In this document: positions 30,951 to 45,700 of the stretch, piece by piece
Numbering within the stretch: position 1 is the stretch's first letter
Layout: each line of letters opens with the position of its first letter
DNA from: the human T2T-CHM13v2.0 reference genome, Homo sapiens
DNA length: 64,000 nucleotides
Assembly (NCBI RefSeq): GCF_009914755.1
Contig: NC_060940.1
Strand: one strand, 5' to 3'
Translations under genes and position numbers: made by a program
The notes under the pieces: generated by a model
What the model was told of the DNA's origin: nothing
Databases searched by the model: none
The model's input: the letters and a program-made list of their open reading frames with translations, nothing else

Positions 30951-31440
30951 CGATTCCATTCAGTGATGATTCCATTTGATTCCATCTGATGATGATTTCA
31001 TTTGATTCCATTCGATGATGATTCCATTGGAGTCCATTGAATGATTCAATTCAATTCCATTCCATGTGGATTCCATTCGAATTCATTCGATTATTCCATT
31101 CAAATCCCTTCGTTGATTCCATCTGATTCCACTTGACGATGATTCCATTCAAGTCCAATCGATGATTCCATTCGGTTCCATTCAATGATTCCATTCGAGT
31201 CCATTTATGTATTATATTCGTGTCCACTTGATGACTCACTCCATTCAATTCCATTTAATGATGATTCCATTTGATTCCATTTGATGATTCAGTTCGATTC
31301 CTTACAATGATTCCCTACGATTCCTTTCTATGATGATTCCATTCGATTCCATTCATTGATGATTCCATTCGACTCCATTCGATGATGATTCCTTTCGATT
31401 CCATTTGACGATGTTTCCATTTGAGTCCATTCGATGATGA
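29758..31440 (+). repeat. 836-bp tandem duplication at the copy1/copy2 boundary
   Basis: TTCCATTGGTATCC occurs at 29765 and 30601. ORF pairs 29927/30763 and 30215/31051 are offset by 836. Confidence 0.88.
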
Positions 31441-34400
31441 TTCAATTCAGTTCTGTTCTATTATGAATCCATTCGATTTCATTCAATGCTTCTATTTGAT
31501 TCCATTCGACGATGATTCCATCTCTTTCCCTTCGATGATTCCATTTGATTCCATTCAGTGATGATTCCATTTGATTCCATCTGATGATGATTTCACTTGA
31601 TTCATTTCAATGATGATTCCATTCAAGTCCATTCGATGATTCCATTGGAGTCCAAACGATCATTCCATTCGATTCCATTCAATGATGATTCCATTCATGT
31701 CCATTCAATGAATCCTTTCAATTCCATTCGATGATGACTCCATTCGAGTACATTCGATGATTCCATTTGATTCCATCTGATGATGATTACATTCAATTCC
31801 ATTCGAAGATGATTCCATTCAATTCCACTTGATGATGATTCCGTATGAATCCATTCGCTGATTATTCCATTCGATTCCATTCATTGACGATTCCATTCGA
31901 TTCCATTCAATGATGATTCTCTTCTATTGCATTCGATGATTCCGTTCGATTCCATTCGATGATGATTCCATTAGATTCCATTCGATTGTTGCATTCGATT
32001 CCCTTCGATGATGATTCCTTTGAATTCCATTCGATTATGATTCCGTATGAATCCATTTGATGATTATTCCATTGGATTCCTTTCGATGATGATTCCATTC
32101 GATTCCATTTGATGATGTTTCTCATGTATTCCATTTGATAATTCCTTTCAATTCCCTTCGATGATGATTCTTTCGAGTCAATTCGATGATTCTATTCCAT
32201 TCCCTTCGATGATGATTCCATTTCACTCCATTCGATGATTCCATTCGATTCAATTTGGTGATGATTCAATTCGATGACATTCGATGACTCCATTCAATTT
32301 CATTTGATGATGATTACATTCGAGTCCATTTGATGATTGTATTCCTTTCCTTTTGATGATTATTCCATTCGTGTCTATTCAAAGATTCCATTCTATTCCA
32401 TTCAACGATGATTCCAATTGATTCCATTCAATGATTATGGCTATCGATTCCACTCGTTGATTCCATTTGATTCCATTCGATGATTATTCCGTTAGATTCC
32501 ATTAGGAGATTCCATTCGATTTTATTCAATGATTCCAATTGATTCCATTCAATGATGATTCCATTCGACTCCATTCAGTGATTCCATTTGAGTCCATTTG
32601 ATGATTCCATTCGAGTCCATTTGGTGATTCCATTCTTTTCCATTTGATGATGATTCCATTAGGGTCCATTCAATGATTCCATTCGAGTCCATTCGTTAAT
32701 GCCTTTCGAGTCCTTTTGATCACTACATTCGAGTCCATTCAATGATTCTATTCGATTCCATTCCATGATGATTCCATTCGAGTTCATTCGATGATTGCAT
32801 TCGAGTCCATTTGATGATTCCATAAGATTCCATTCGACAATGATTCCATTCGTGTCCATTTGATGATTCCATTCATTTCCTATCGATGAAGATTCCATTC
32901 GAGTGTATTCGATGATTCCATTCAAATCCATTCGATGATGATTCCATTCCAGTCCATTCGATCATTCCACTTGATTCCATTTGATGACTATTCCATTCAA
33001 ATCCATTTGATGATTCCATTCGATTCCATTCGATGTTACCATTCCAGTATATACGATGATTCCACTCGATTCCATTTGATGATTATTCCATTGGAGTCGA
33101 CTTAGTGAATCCTTTAGATTCTACTCGAAGATGATTCCATTCGAGTCCATTCGATGATACCATTCAATTCCATTCGTTGATGCTTCCATTCAAGTGCATT
33201 CGATGATATCATTCGATTCCATTTGATGATAATTCCATTTGATTCCATGTGATGATTCTATTCCATTCCATTCAATGATAATTCCATTCAATTCAGTGAT
33301 TCCTCTGGACTCCATTTGATGATGATTCCATTCAATGATTCCATTCGATTCTATTCGAAAATGATTCCATTTGAATCCATTTGATGATGATTCCATTCGA
33401 TTCCATTTGATGATTCCATTCGATTCCATTCGACGATGATTCCATTCGATTCCATTTGATGATTCCATTCTATTCTATTCGATGATGATTCCATTCGATT
33501 CCATTCGATGATGATTGGATTCGATTCCATTTGATGATTTCATTTGATTCAATTCGATGATGATTTCGATCAATTCCATTCGATGATTCCATTCGATTCC
33601 ATTTGATAATGATTACATCCGAGTCCATTCGATGATTCCATTTGAGCCCGTTCGATAATTCCATTTGAGTCCAATCAATGATTCCATTCATTTCCATTCA
33701 ATGATTCCATTCGAGTCCATTTGATCATTCCGGTAGGGTCCGTTCGATGTTGATTCCATTGGAGTGCCTTCGATGATTCCATTCGAGTCCATTTAAGGAT
33801 TTGATTCGAGTCCTTTCGATGATTCCATTCGATTCCACTCGATGATGATTTCATTCGAGTCCATTCGACACTTCCAATCGATTCCATTTGATGTTTCCAT
33901 TCGAGTCCAATTGATGATTCCATTCAATTCCATTCGATGATGATTCCGTACGATTCCATTCTGTGATGATTCCATGTGATTGCATTCAATGATGATTCCT
34001 TTCGATTGCATTCGATTATGATTCATTTCGTGTTCATTCTATGGTTCCACAGGTTTCACATCGTGTCCATTCCATTATTCCATTCTATTCCATTTGATGA
34101 TGATTCCATTCGATTCCATTCATTGGTGATTCCACTCAATTCCATTCAATGATTCCATTCCATTTCTTTCAACAATGATTCCATTAGTTTCTAATCGATG
34201 ATCCACTTGATTCCATTTGACGATGATTCCATTCTTGTCCATTCGATGATTCCATTTGATTCCATATGATGATGATTCCATTCGATTCCACACGATGATT
34301 ATTCCATTCGAGTCCATTCAATGGTGATTCCATTCAATTCCATTCGATGATTCCTTTCGATTCCATTTGATGATGATGGCATTCGATTCCTTTCAATCAT

Positions 34401-37400
34401 TCCCTTTGATTCCACTCAAAGGTGATTTCATTCAAGTCCATTCGATAATTGCATTCGATTCCATTCTATGATGATTCCATTCGAGTCCATTTGATGATTC
34501 CATTCAATTCAAGTCAATGATGATTCCATTCGATTCCATTCGATGATTCCATTGGATTCCATTCGATGATGATTCCATTCAAATCCATTCGATAATTCAA
34601 TTCACGTCCATTCGATGATGATTCCAATCGAATCCATTCAAAGATTCCATTCAATTCCATTCGATGATTCCCTTAGATTCCATTCGATGATTCCACTTGA
34701 TTCCATTTACGATGATTCCATTCGATTCCATGTGATGATTCCATTCAATTCTATTCAATGATGTTTCCATTTGATTCCATTCGACCATGATTGCCTTTGA
34801 TTCCATTCAATGATTCCATTCGGTTCCGTTTGATGATGATTCCGTTCGATTCCATTTGATGATTCCATTTGATTCCATTGGATGAGTCCATTCGATTACA
34901 TTCGATGATTATTCCATTCGAGTGCATTAGATGATTCCATTCGAGTCCATTCGATGATTCCATTCGAGTCCATTCGATGATTCCATTCGATTCCATTCGA
35001 TGTTGATTCTGTTCAAATCCATTCGATGATTCCACTCGATTCCATTCGATGACTCCATTTGATCCCATTCGATGATTTCCTTTGATTCCCTTTGATGATC
35101 ATTCCATTTGATTCAATTCGGTGATTTCATTTGATTCCATTCAGTGATGTTTCCATTCGACTCCATTCGATGATGATTCCATTCGACTACATTCGATTAT
35201 GATTTCATTCAATTCCATTCGATAAAGATTCCCTTCGAGTCCAAACTATGATTCCATTCGATTCCATTCAACGATGATTTGATTCGTGTCCATTCGATGA
35301 TTCCATTTGATTCCACTTGATGAGGATTCCATTCGAGTCCATTTGATGATTCCATTCAATTCCATTCTCCGATGATTTCTTTTGAGCCCATTCAATGCTT
35401 CCACTCGATTACATATGATGATGACTCCATTCGATGAAACTCGATGATGATTCCATTCGCTTGCATTCGATGATGATTCCACTTGAGTCCGTTAGAAGAT
35501 TCTATTCAATTACATTCCATGACGATTCTGTTCGAGTCCATTTGATGATTCCATTACACTCCATTCGACAATGATTCCATTCAATGTTATTCGATGATTC
35601 CATTCGATCTCATTCGATGATGATTCCATTCAAGTCCATTCGATGTTTCCATTCGAGTTCATTCTATTATTCCATTAGATTCCATTCGATGATGATTCCA
35701 TTCGATTCCATTTGATGATTGCATTCTATTTCATTTGATGATGATTCCATTCGAGTCCATTCGATGATTCCATTCGAGTCCATTTAATGAATCCATTGGT
35801 TTCAATTCTATGATGATTATATTGGATTCCATTCGTTGATGATTTCATTCGATTCCATTCAATGATGATTCCATTCAATTCCATTCAATGATTCCATTCA
35901 ATTCCATACGATGATGATTCCATTTGATTTGATTCGACAGTGAGCCATTCGATTCAATTCCATGATGATTCTGTTTGATTCACTTGGTTGACATTTCCAT
36001 TCGATTCCATTCGATGATGATTCCATTTGATTCCATTCAAAGATGATTCCATTCTAGCCCATTCAATCATTCCATTCGATTCTATTCAATGATGATTCCA
36101 TTCATGTCGATTTGGTGATTCCATTTGACTTCATTTGATGATGATTCCTTTCAAGTTCATTAGATGATTCCATTCGATTCCATTTGATGATGATCCCATT
36201 CGAGTCCATTCAGTGATTCCACTCGTTTCCATTCCATGATGATTCCATTCCATTCCATTCAATGATTCCATTCGATTCCGTTTGATGATGATTTCATTCG
36301 AGTCCATTTGATGATTCCATTTGATTCCATTCGATGATGATTCCATTCGAGTCCATTCGATGATTCTATTCGAATCCATTTGATGATTTCTTTTGATTAT
36401 ATTTGGTGATGATTCCATTGGAGTCCATTCAATGATTCCATTCGATTCCAATCGATGGTGGTTCCATTAGAGTCCATTTAATGATTCCATTTGATTCCAG
36501 TCTCTGATGTTTACATTCGAGTCCATACGATGATTCCACTCAATTCCATATGATGATGATTCCATTCGATTCCATTCGATGATTCCATTCTATTCTATTC
36601 AATGGTGATTCCATTCGAGTACATTAGATGATTCCATTCGATTCCATTCAATGATGATTCTATTTGTGTCCCTTAGATGATTCCACATGATTCCATTAGA
36701 TGATGATACTATTTGAGCCCATCCAATGATTCCCTTCGATTCCATTCGATGAGGATTCCATTCGATTCAATTCATTGGTGATTCTATTCAATTCAATTCT
36801 TTGATTCAATTCCATTCCATTCGACAATGATTCCATTCGATTTCTTTCGATGATTCCACTCAATTTCACTTGACATTGATTCCATTCGATTCCATTCAAT
36901 GATTCCATTTGATTCCAGTGGATGATGATTGCCGTCGATTCCATTCGATCACTCCATTCTGTTCCATTTGATGATGATTACATTCGATTCCATTTGATGA
37001 TTCCATCTGATTCTATTCGAGGATTCCATTTGATTCCATTCGATGATGATTCCATTCGAGTCCATTCGATGGTTTCATTCGAGTACATCCAATGATTCCA
37101 TTCGAGTCCATTTGATGATTCCATTTCATTCCATTTGATTATGATTCTACTAGAGTCCATTCAATGACTCCATTCGAGTCCATTCAACAGTTCCATCCGA
37201 GTCCATTCGATGATTCCATTCGATTCCATTTGATGATTCCATTCGAGTCCATTTAATCATTACAGTCGAGTCCATTTGGTGATTCCACTGGATTTCTTTT
37301 GATAATGATACCATTCAATTACATTTGATGATGATCCCATTCAATTTCATTTGATGATGATTCCATTAGAGTCCATTCCCTGATTTCATTCGAGTCCCTT

Positions 37401-40400
37401 CATTGATTCCATCCGATTTCATTTCATGATGACTCCATTCGAGTCCATTCGATGATTCCACTCGATTCCTTTAGATGATTCCATTGGAGTCCATTTGATT
37501 GTTCCATTCGATTCCATTCGATTCCTTTCGAAGATTATTCCATTTGAGTCCATTCGATGATGATTCCATTCCATTCCATTCGATGATTCCGTTTGATTCC
37601 ATTCGATGATTCCCTGCGATTCCTTTCTATGATGATTCCATTCCATTCCATTCAATGATTCCATTCGAATGTATTCCATGATGATTCCTTTCGATTCCAT
37701 TCGCTGATGTTTCCGTTCAATTCCATTCGATGATGATTCCATTCGATTCCATTCATTGAGGATTCCATTGGATTCCATTCAATGATGATTCCATTCTATT
37801 CCATTCAATGATTGCATTCAATTCCATTCAATGATTATGCCATTAGAGTAAATTCAACGATTCCATTCAATACCATTCGATGATGATTCCTTTTGAGTCC
37901 ATTCAATGATTTCATTCAAGTCCATTTGATGATTCCTTTCAATTCCATTCCATGATGATTCCATTCGAGTCCATTCGATGATTCCATTCGATTGCATTCG
38001 ATGATTCCATTATATTCCATTCAACGATGATTCCATTCGAGTCCATTCGATGATTCCATTAGAGTACATTTAATGATTGCTTTGTTTTCAATTCGAAGAT
38101 GATTACATTGGATTCCATTCTATGATTCCATTCGATTGCATTCATTGATGATTCCACCCAATTCCATTCGATGATGATTCCATTCGATTTCAATGATTCT
38201 ACTCGATTCCATTCAATGATGATTCAATTCTATTCCGTTTGATGATTCCATTAGATTCCATTCTATGATGATTCCATTCGAGTCCATTCGAAGATTTCAT
38301 TCGATTACATTCCATGACGATTCCATTCGAGTCCATTCGATGATTCCATTTGAATCCATTCGACGATGATTCCATTTGATGCTATTCGATGATTCCATTG
38401 GATTCCATTCGATGATGATTCCATTCGACTTGATTTGATGTTTCTATTTGAGTCCATTCGGTTATTTTATTAGACTACATTCGATGATGATTCCATTCGA
38501 TGCCATTCAATGATTCCATTTGATTCCACTCAATGATGATTGCATTCGTGTCCATTCGATGATTCCATTTGGTTCCATTTGATGATGATTCCATTCGAGT
38601 CCATTCGATGATACCATTCAATTCCATTCGATGATCATTCCATTCGAATCCATTTGATGATTCCACTCAATTCCATTTGATGACTCCTTTCATTCCCATT
38701 CGATGATTCCCTTCAGTTCCAATTGGATGATCTTTCCATTTGATTCAATATGGTGACTCCATTCTATTATATTCAATGATGATTCCATTCGACTCCATTA
38801 GATGATGACTCCATTCCGTTCCATTCGATTGTGATTTCATTCGATTCCATTCGAAGATGATTCCATTCGAGTCCATTTGATGATTCCATTCGATTCCATT
38901 CAATGATGATTCCACTCAAATCCATTGGATGATTCCATTCGTTTCCAATTGGTGATTTCATTAGATTCCATTCGAGGATGATTCTATTCGAGTCCATTCA
39001 ATGATTCCATTGGATTCCGTTTGATAATGATTCCATTAGAGTTCATTCGATGATTCCCTTCGAGTCCATTCGATTATTTCTTTTGATTCCATTTGATGAT
39101 GATTCCATTCGATTCCATTCAATGATTCCATTCCATTCCATTCGATGATGATTCCATTCGATAATGATTACATTCGAGCCCATGTGATGATTCCATTAGA
39201 TTCTATTCAATGATGATTCCATTCGACCACATTCGATGATGGCATTCGAGTCCATTCGATGATTTCACTCGATTCCACTTGATGATGATTCCTTTTGAGT
39301 CCATTTGATGATTACATTCGAGTCCATGAGATGACTCCATTCGATTCCATTTCATGATGATGCAATTCGAGGCTATTCGATCATCCCATTTTAGTGCATT
39401 CGGTGATTCTCTTTTATTACATTCGATGAGGGCTCCATTCGAGTCCATTCAATGATTCCATTAGATTCCACTCGATGATGATTCCATTTGAGTCCATTCA
39501 AAGATTCCTTTCGAGTCCATTCGATAATTCTATTGGATTCCACTAGGTGATGATTCCTTTCGAGTCAATTCGATGATTCCTTTCAAGTGCCTTCAATGAT
39601 TCCATTCGATTCCATTCGATGACGATTCATTTCAAGTCCATTCAATGGTTCCATTCTGTTGAATTTGATGGTTCCATTTGATTCCATTCGATGATGATTC
39701 CATTCGTGTCCATTGGATGATTCCATTCGATTCCTTTCGAGGAAGATTCCATTCGACTCCATTCGATGATTCCGTTCGATTCCATTCCATGATGATTCCA
39801 TTTGATTCCATTCCATGATTCCATTCGATACCATTCGATGATGATTCCATTCGACTCCATTTGATGAATCCATTCAATGCTTCCATTCGAGTCCATTCGA
39901 TGATTCCATTCGATTCCATTCCATGAAGATTCCATTCGAGTACATTTGATGATTCCATTTAATTCCATAGGATGATGATTCTATTAGGGTCCGTTGACTA
40001 TTCCATTCAATTCCATTCGAAGATTCCATTCGAGTCCACTCGATGATTCTATTTGATTCCATTTGATAATTCCATTCGATTCCATTTGATGTTGATTCCA
40101 TTCGAGTCCATTCGATCATTATTACATTTGATTCTATTCGATGATTCCATTCGATTCCATTTGATGAGGATTCCATTCGAGACCATTTGATGATTCCATT
40201 CAATTCCATTGGATGATTCCAATATTTTCCATTAGATGATGATTCCATTCGATTCCATTCAATGATGATTCCATCAGAATCCATTCGATGATGACTCCTT
40301 TTGCTTCCATTCAATGATCATTACATTCGGTTCCATTCGATGATGATTCCTTTGGATTCCATTCGATGATGCTTCCATTCGATTCCATTTGATGATGATT

Positions 40401-42774
40401 CTTTTCGATTCCATTTGATGATGATTCCATTTGATTCCATTCGATGGTGATTCCATTTGATGATTCCATTCGATTGTATTCGATGATGATTCCACTCGAT
40501 TCTATTTGATGATGACTGCATTCGATTCCATTTGATGATTCCATTTGATTCCATTCGATGATGATTCTGATCAATTGCATTCGATGATCCATTCGATTCC
40601 ATTTGATGGTTCCATTTGATTCCATTTGATAATGATTCCTTTCGAGTCCATTCGATGATTCCATTTGCGGATATTCGATAATTCCATTTGAGTCCAACCG
40701 ATGATTCCATTCGAGGCCATTCAATCATTCTTTTTGAGTCCTTTCGATAAAGATTCCATTTTAGTCCATTCAATAATTCCACTGGAGTCCATTCGATGAT
40801 TGCTTTTAATTCCATTCGATGATATTCCATTCGAGTCCATTCGATGATTCCATTCGTTGCTATTAGATGATGATTCCATTCATGACCATTTGGTGATTCC
40901 ATTCGATTTCATTCGTTGATGATTCCATTCGAGTCCATTCCATGATTCCATTCAAGTCCATTTGATGATTTCTTTGAATTCAATTCGATGATGATTCCAT
41001 TCGAGTCCATTCGATGATTCCATTCAGTTCCATTCGATGATGATTCCTTTCGAGACCATATGATGATTCCATTTGATTTCATTCGATGATGATTCCATTC
41101 GATTCCATTCGATGATTCCATTCTATTCCATTCGATGATGATTCCATTCGAGTCCATTTAATGATTCCATTGGGTTCAATTCAATGATGATTACATTGGA
41201 TTCTCTTCTATGATACCATTCAATTCCGTTCATTGACAATTTGATTCCATTCGATGATGATTCCATTTGAGTTCATTCGATGATTCTATTCGATTCTCTT
41301 CGATGGTGATTCAATTCTATTATATTGGATGATTCCATTCGATTCCATTTGATGTTGATTCAATTCGATTCTATTCGATGATGATTCCATTGGATTTCAT
41401 TTGATGATTCTATTCGATTCCATTCAATGATGATTCACTTCTCGTCCATTGGATGATTCCATTTCATTCCATTCGATGATGATTCCATTCGATTCCATTC
41501 GATGATTCCATTTGATTCCATTCGACGGTGAGCAATTCGATTCAATTCCATGATGATTCTATTTGATTCAGTTAGATGATGTTTCCATTCGAATCCATTC
41601 CATGATTATTCCATTGGAATCCATTCGGCGATGATTCCATATGAGTCAATTCAATGATGCTTCCATATGGGTCAGTTCGATGATAATTCCATTTGATTTC
41701 ATTCGATGCTTCTATTCAATTCCAGTCGATGATGATTCCGTTGGAGTCCATACGATGACTCCATTTGATTTCATTTGATGATGATTCCATTCGATTCCAT
41801 TCGATGACTCCATTCTGTTCCATTCGATGATGATTCCATTCGAGTCCATTCGATGATTCCATTCGAGTCCATTTCATGATTCCATTGGGTTCAATTCGAT
41901 GATGATTACACTGGATTCCATTCTATGATTCCATTCAATTCCATTCGTTGATGATTCGATTCCATTCAATGATGATTCCATTTGAGTTCATTCGATGATT
42001 CTATTCGATTCCGTTCGATGGTGATTCAATTCTATTATATTGGATGATTCCATTCGATTCCATTTGATGATGATTCCATTCGATTCCATTCGATGATGAT
42101 TCCATTTGATTCCATTTGATGTTGATTCTATTCGATTCTATTCAATGATGATTCCATTCGATTTCATTTGATGATTCTATTCGATTCCTTTCGATGATTC
42201 TATTCCATTCCATTCGATGATGATTCAATTCTCTTCCATTGGATGATTCCATTTTATTCCATTCGACGATGACTCCATTTGATTCCATTCAATGATGATT
42301 CCATTCGATTCCATTCGGTGATTCCATTTGATTCCATTCGACGGTGAGCAATTTGATTCAATTCCATAATGATTCTATTTGATTCAATTAGATGATGTTT
42401 CCATTCGAATCCATTCGGTGATGATTCCATTGGTATCCATTCGACGATGATTCCATATGAGTCAATTCGATGATGATTCCATACGAGTCCGTTGGATGAT
42501 AATTCCATTTGATTTCATTCAATCCTTCTATTCGATTCCACTTGATGATGATTCCATCTGAATCCATTCTCCGATTCCATTCGATTTCATTCGATGCTTC
42601 TATTTGATTTCATTCGAAGATGATTCCTTTCAATTCCGTTCATTAATTCCATTTGATTCCATTCGATGATGATTCCATCCGATTCCATTGGATGATGATT
42701 CCATTCGAGTCCATTCGATGATTCCGATCTAATCCATTCTATGATTCCATTCGAGTCCATTCGATGATTCCATT
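30951..42774 (+). repeat. 11.8-kb nested repeat unit, copy 2 (11,824 bp; the complete reference unit)
   Basis: Offsets 31051->42875, 31695->43519, 32659->44483 and 33190->45014 are 11,824. It contains every landmark block seen elsewhere in the window. Confidence 0.88.
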
Positions 42775-45700
42775 CGATTCCATTCAGTGATGATTCCATT
42801 TGATTCCATCTGATGATGATTTCATTTGATTCCATTCGATGATGATTCCATTGGAGTCCATTGAATGATTCAATTCAATTCCATTCCATGTGGATTCCAT
42901 TCGAATTCATTCGATTATTCCATTCAAATCCCTTCGTTGATTCCATCTGATTCCACTTGACGATGATTCCATTCAAGTCCAATCGATGATTCCATTCGGT
43001 TCCATTCAATGATTCCATTCGAGTCCATTTATGTATTATATTCGTGTCCACTTGATGACTCACTCCATTCAATTCCATTTAATGATGATTCCATTTGATT
43101 CCATTTGATGATTCAGTTCGATTCCTTACAATGATTCCCTACGATTCCTTTCTATGATGATTCCATTCGATTCCATTCATTGATGATTCCATTCGACTCC
43201 ATTCGATGATGATTCCTTTCGATTCCATTTGACGATGTTTCCATTTGAGTCCATTCGATGATGATTCAATTCAGTTCTGTTCTATTGTGAATCCATTCGA
43301 TTTCATTCAATGCTTCTATTTGATTCCATTCGACGATGATTCCATCTCTTTCCCTTCGATGATTCCATTTGATTCCATTCAGTGATGATTCCATTTGATT
43401 CCATCTGATGATGATTTCACTTGATTCATTTCAATGATGATTCCATTCAAGTCCATTCGATGATTCCATTGGAGTCCAAACGATCATTCCATTCGATTCC
43501 ATTCAATGATGATTCCATTCATGTCCATTCAATGAATCCTTTCAATTCCATTCGATGATGACTCCATTCGAGTACATTCGATGATTCCATTTGATTCCAT
43601 TTGATGATGATTACATTCAATTCCATTCGAAGATGATTCCATTCAATTCCACTTGATGATGATTCCGTATGAATCCATTCGCTGATTATTCCATTCGATT
43701 CCATTCATTGACGATTCCATTCGATTCCATTCAATGATGATTCTCTTCTATTGCATTCGATGATTCCGTTCGATTCCATTCGATGATGATTCCATTAGAT
43801 TCCATTCGATTGTTGCATTCGATTCCCTTCGATGATGATTCCTTTGAATTCCATTCGATTATGATTCCGTATGAATCCATTTGATGATTATTCCATTGGA
43901 TTCCTTTCGATGATGATTCCATTCGATTCCATTTGATGATGTTTCTCATGTATTCCATTTGATAATTCCTTTCAATTCCCTTCGATGATGATTCTTTCGA
44001 GTCAATTCGATGATTCTATTCCATTCCCTTCGATGATGATTCCATTTCACTCCATTCGATGATTCCATTCGATTCAATTTGGTGATGATTCAATTCGATG
44101 ACATTCGATGACTCCATTCAATTTCATTTGATGATGATTACATTCGAGTCCATTTGATGATTGTATTCCTTTCCTTTTGATGATTATTCCATTCGTGTCT
44201 ATTCAAAGATTCCATTCTATTCCATTCAATGATGATTCCAATTGATTCCATTCAATGATTATGGCTATCGATTCCACTCGTTGATTCCATTTGATTCCAT
44301 TCGATGATTATTCCGTTAGATTCCATTAGGAGATTCCATTCGATTTTATTCAATGATTCCAATTGATTCCATTCAATGATGATTCCATTCCACTCCGTTC
44401 AGTGATTCCATTTGAGTCCATTTGAGGATTCCATTCGAGTCCATTTGATGATTCCATTCTTTTCCATTTGATGATGATTCCATTAGGGTCCATTCAATGA
44501 TTCCATTCGAGTCCATTCGTTAATGCCTTTCGAGTCCTTTTGATCACTACATTCGAGTCCATTCAATGATTCTATTCGATTCCATTCCATGATGATTCCA
44601 TTCGAGTTCATTCGATGATTGCATTCGAGTCCATTTGATGATTCCATATGATTCCATTCGACAATGATTCCATTCGTGTCCATTTGATGATTCCATTCAT
44701 TTCCTATCGATGAAGATTCCATTCGAGTGTATTCGATGATTCCATTCAAATCCATTCGATGATGATTCCATTCCAGTCCATTCGATCATTCCACTTGATT
44801 CCATTTGATGACTATTCCATTCAAATCCATTTGATGATTCCATTCGATTCCATTCGATGTTACCATTCCAGTATATACGATGATTCCACTCGATTCCATT
44901 TGATGATTATTCCATTGGAGTCGACTTAGTGAATCCTTTAGATTCTACTCGAAGATGATTCCATTCGAGTCCATTCGATGATACCATTCAATTCCATTCG
45001 TTGATGCTTCCATTCAAGTGCATTCGATGATATCATTCGATTCCATTTGATGATAATTCCATTTGATTCCATGTGATGATTCTATTCCATTCCATTCAAT
45101 GATAATTCCATTCAATTCAGTGATTCCTCTGGACTCCATTTGATGATGATTCCATTCAATGATTCCATTCGATTCTATTCGAAAATGATTCCATTTGAAT
45201 CCATTTGATGATGATTCCATTCGATTCCATTTGATGATTCCATTCGATTCCATTCGACGATGATTCCATTCGATTCCATTTGATGATTCCATTCTATTCT
45301 ATTCGATGATGATTCCATTCGATTCCATTCGATGATGATTGGATTCGATTCCATTTGATGATTTCATTTGATTCCATTCGATGATGATTTTGATCAATTC
45401 CATTCGATGATTCCATTCGATTCCATTTGATAATGATTACATCCGAGTCCATTCGATGATTCCATTTGAGCCCGTTCGATAATTCCATTTGAGTCCAATC
45501 AATGATTCCATTCATTTCCATTCAATGATTCCATTCGAGTCCATTTGATCATTCCGGTAGGGTCCGTTCGATGTTGATTCCATTGGAGTGCATTCGATGA
45601 TTCCATTCGAGTCCATTTTAGGATTTGATTCGAGTCCTTTCGATGATTCCATTCGATTCCACTCGATGCGATGATGATTTCATTCGAGTCCATTCGACAC

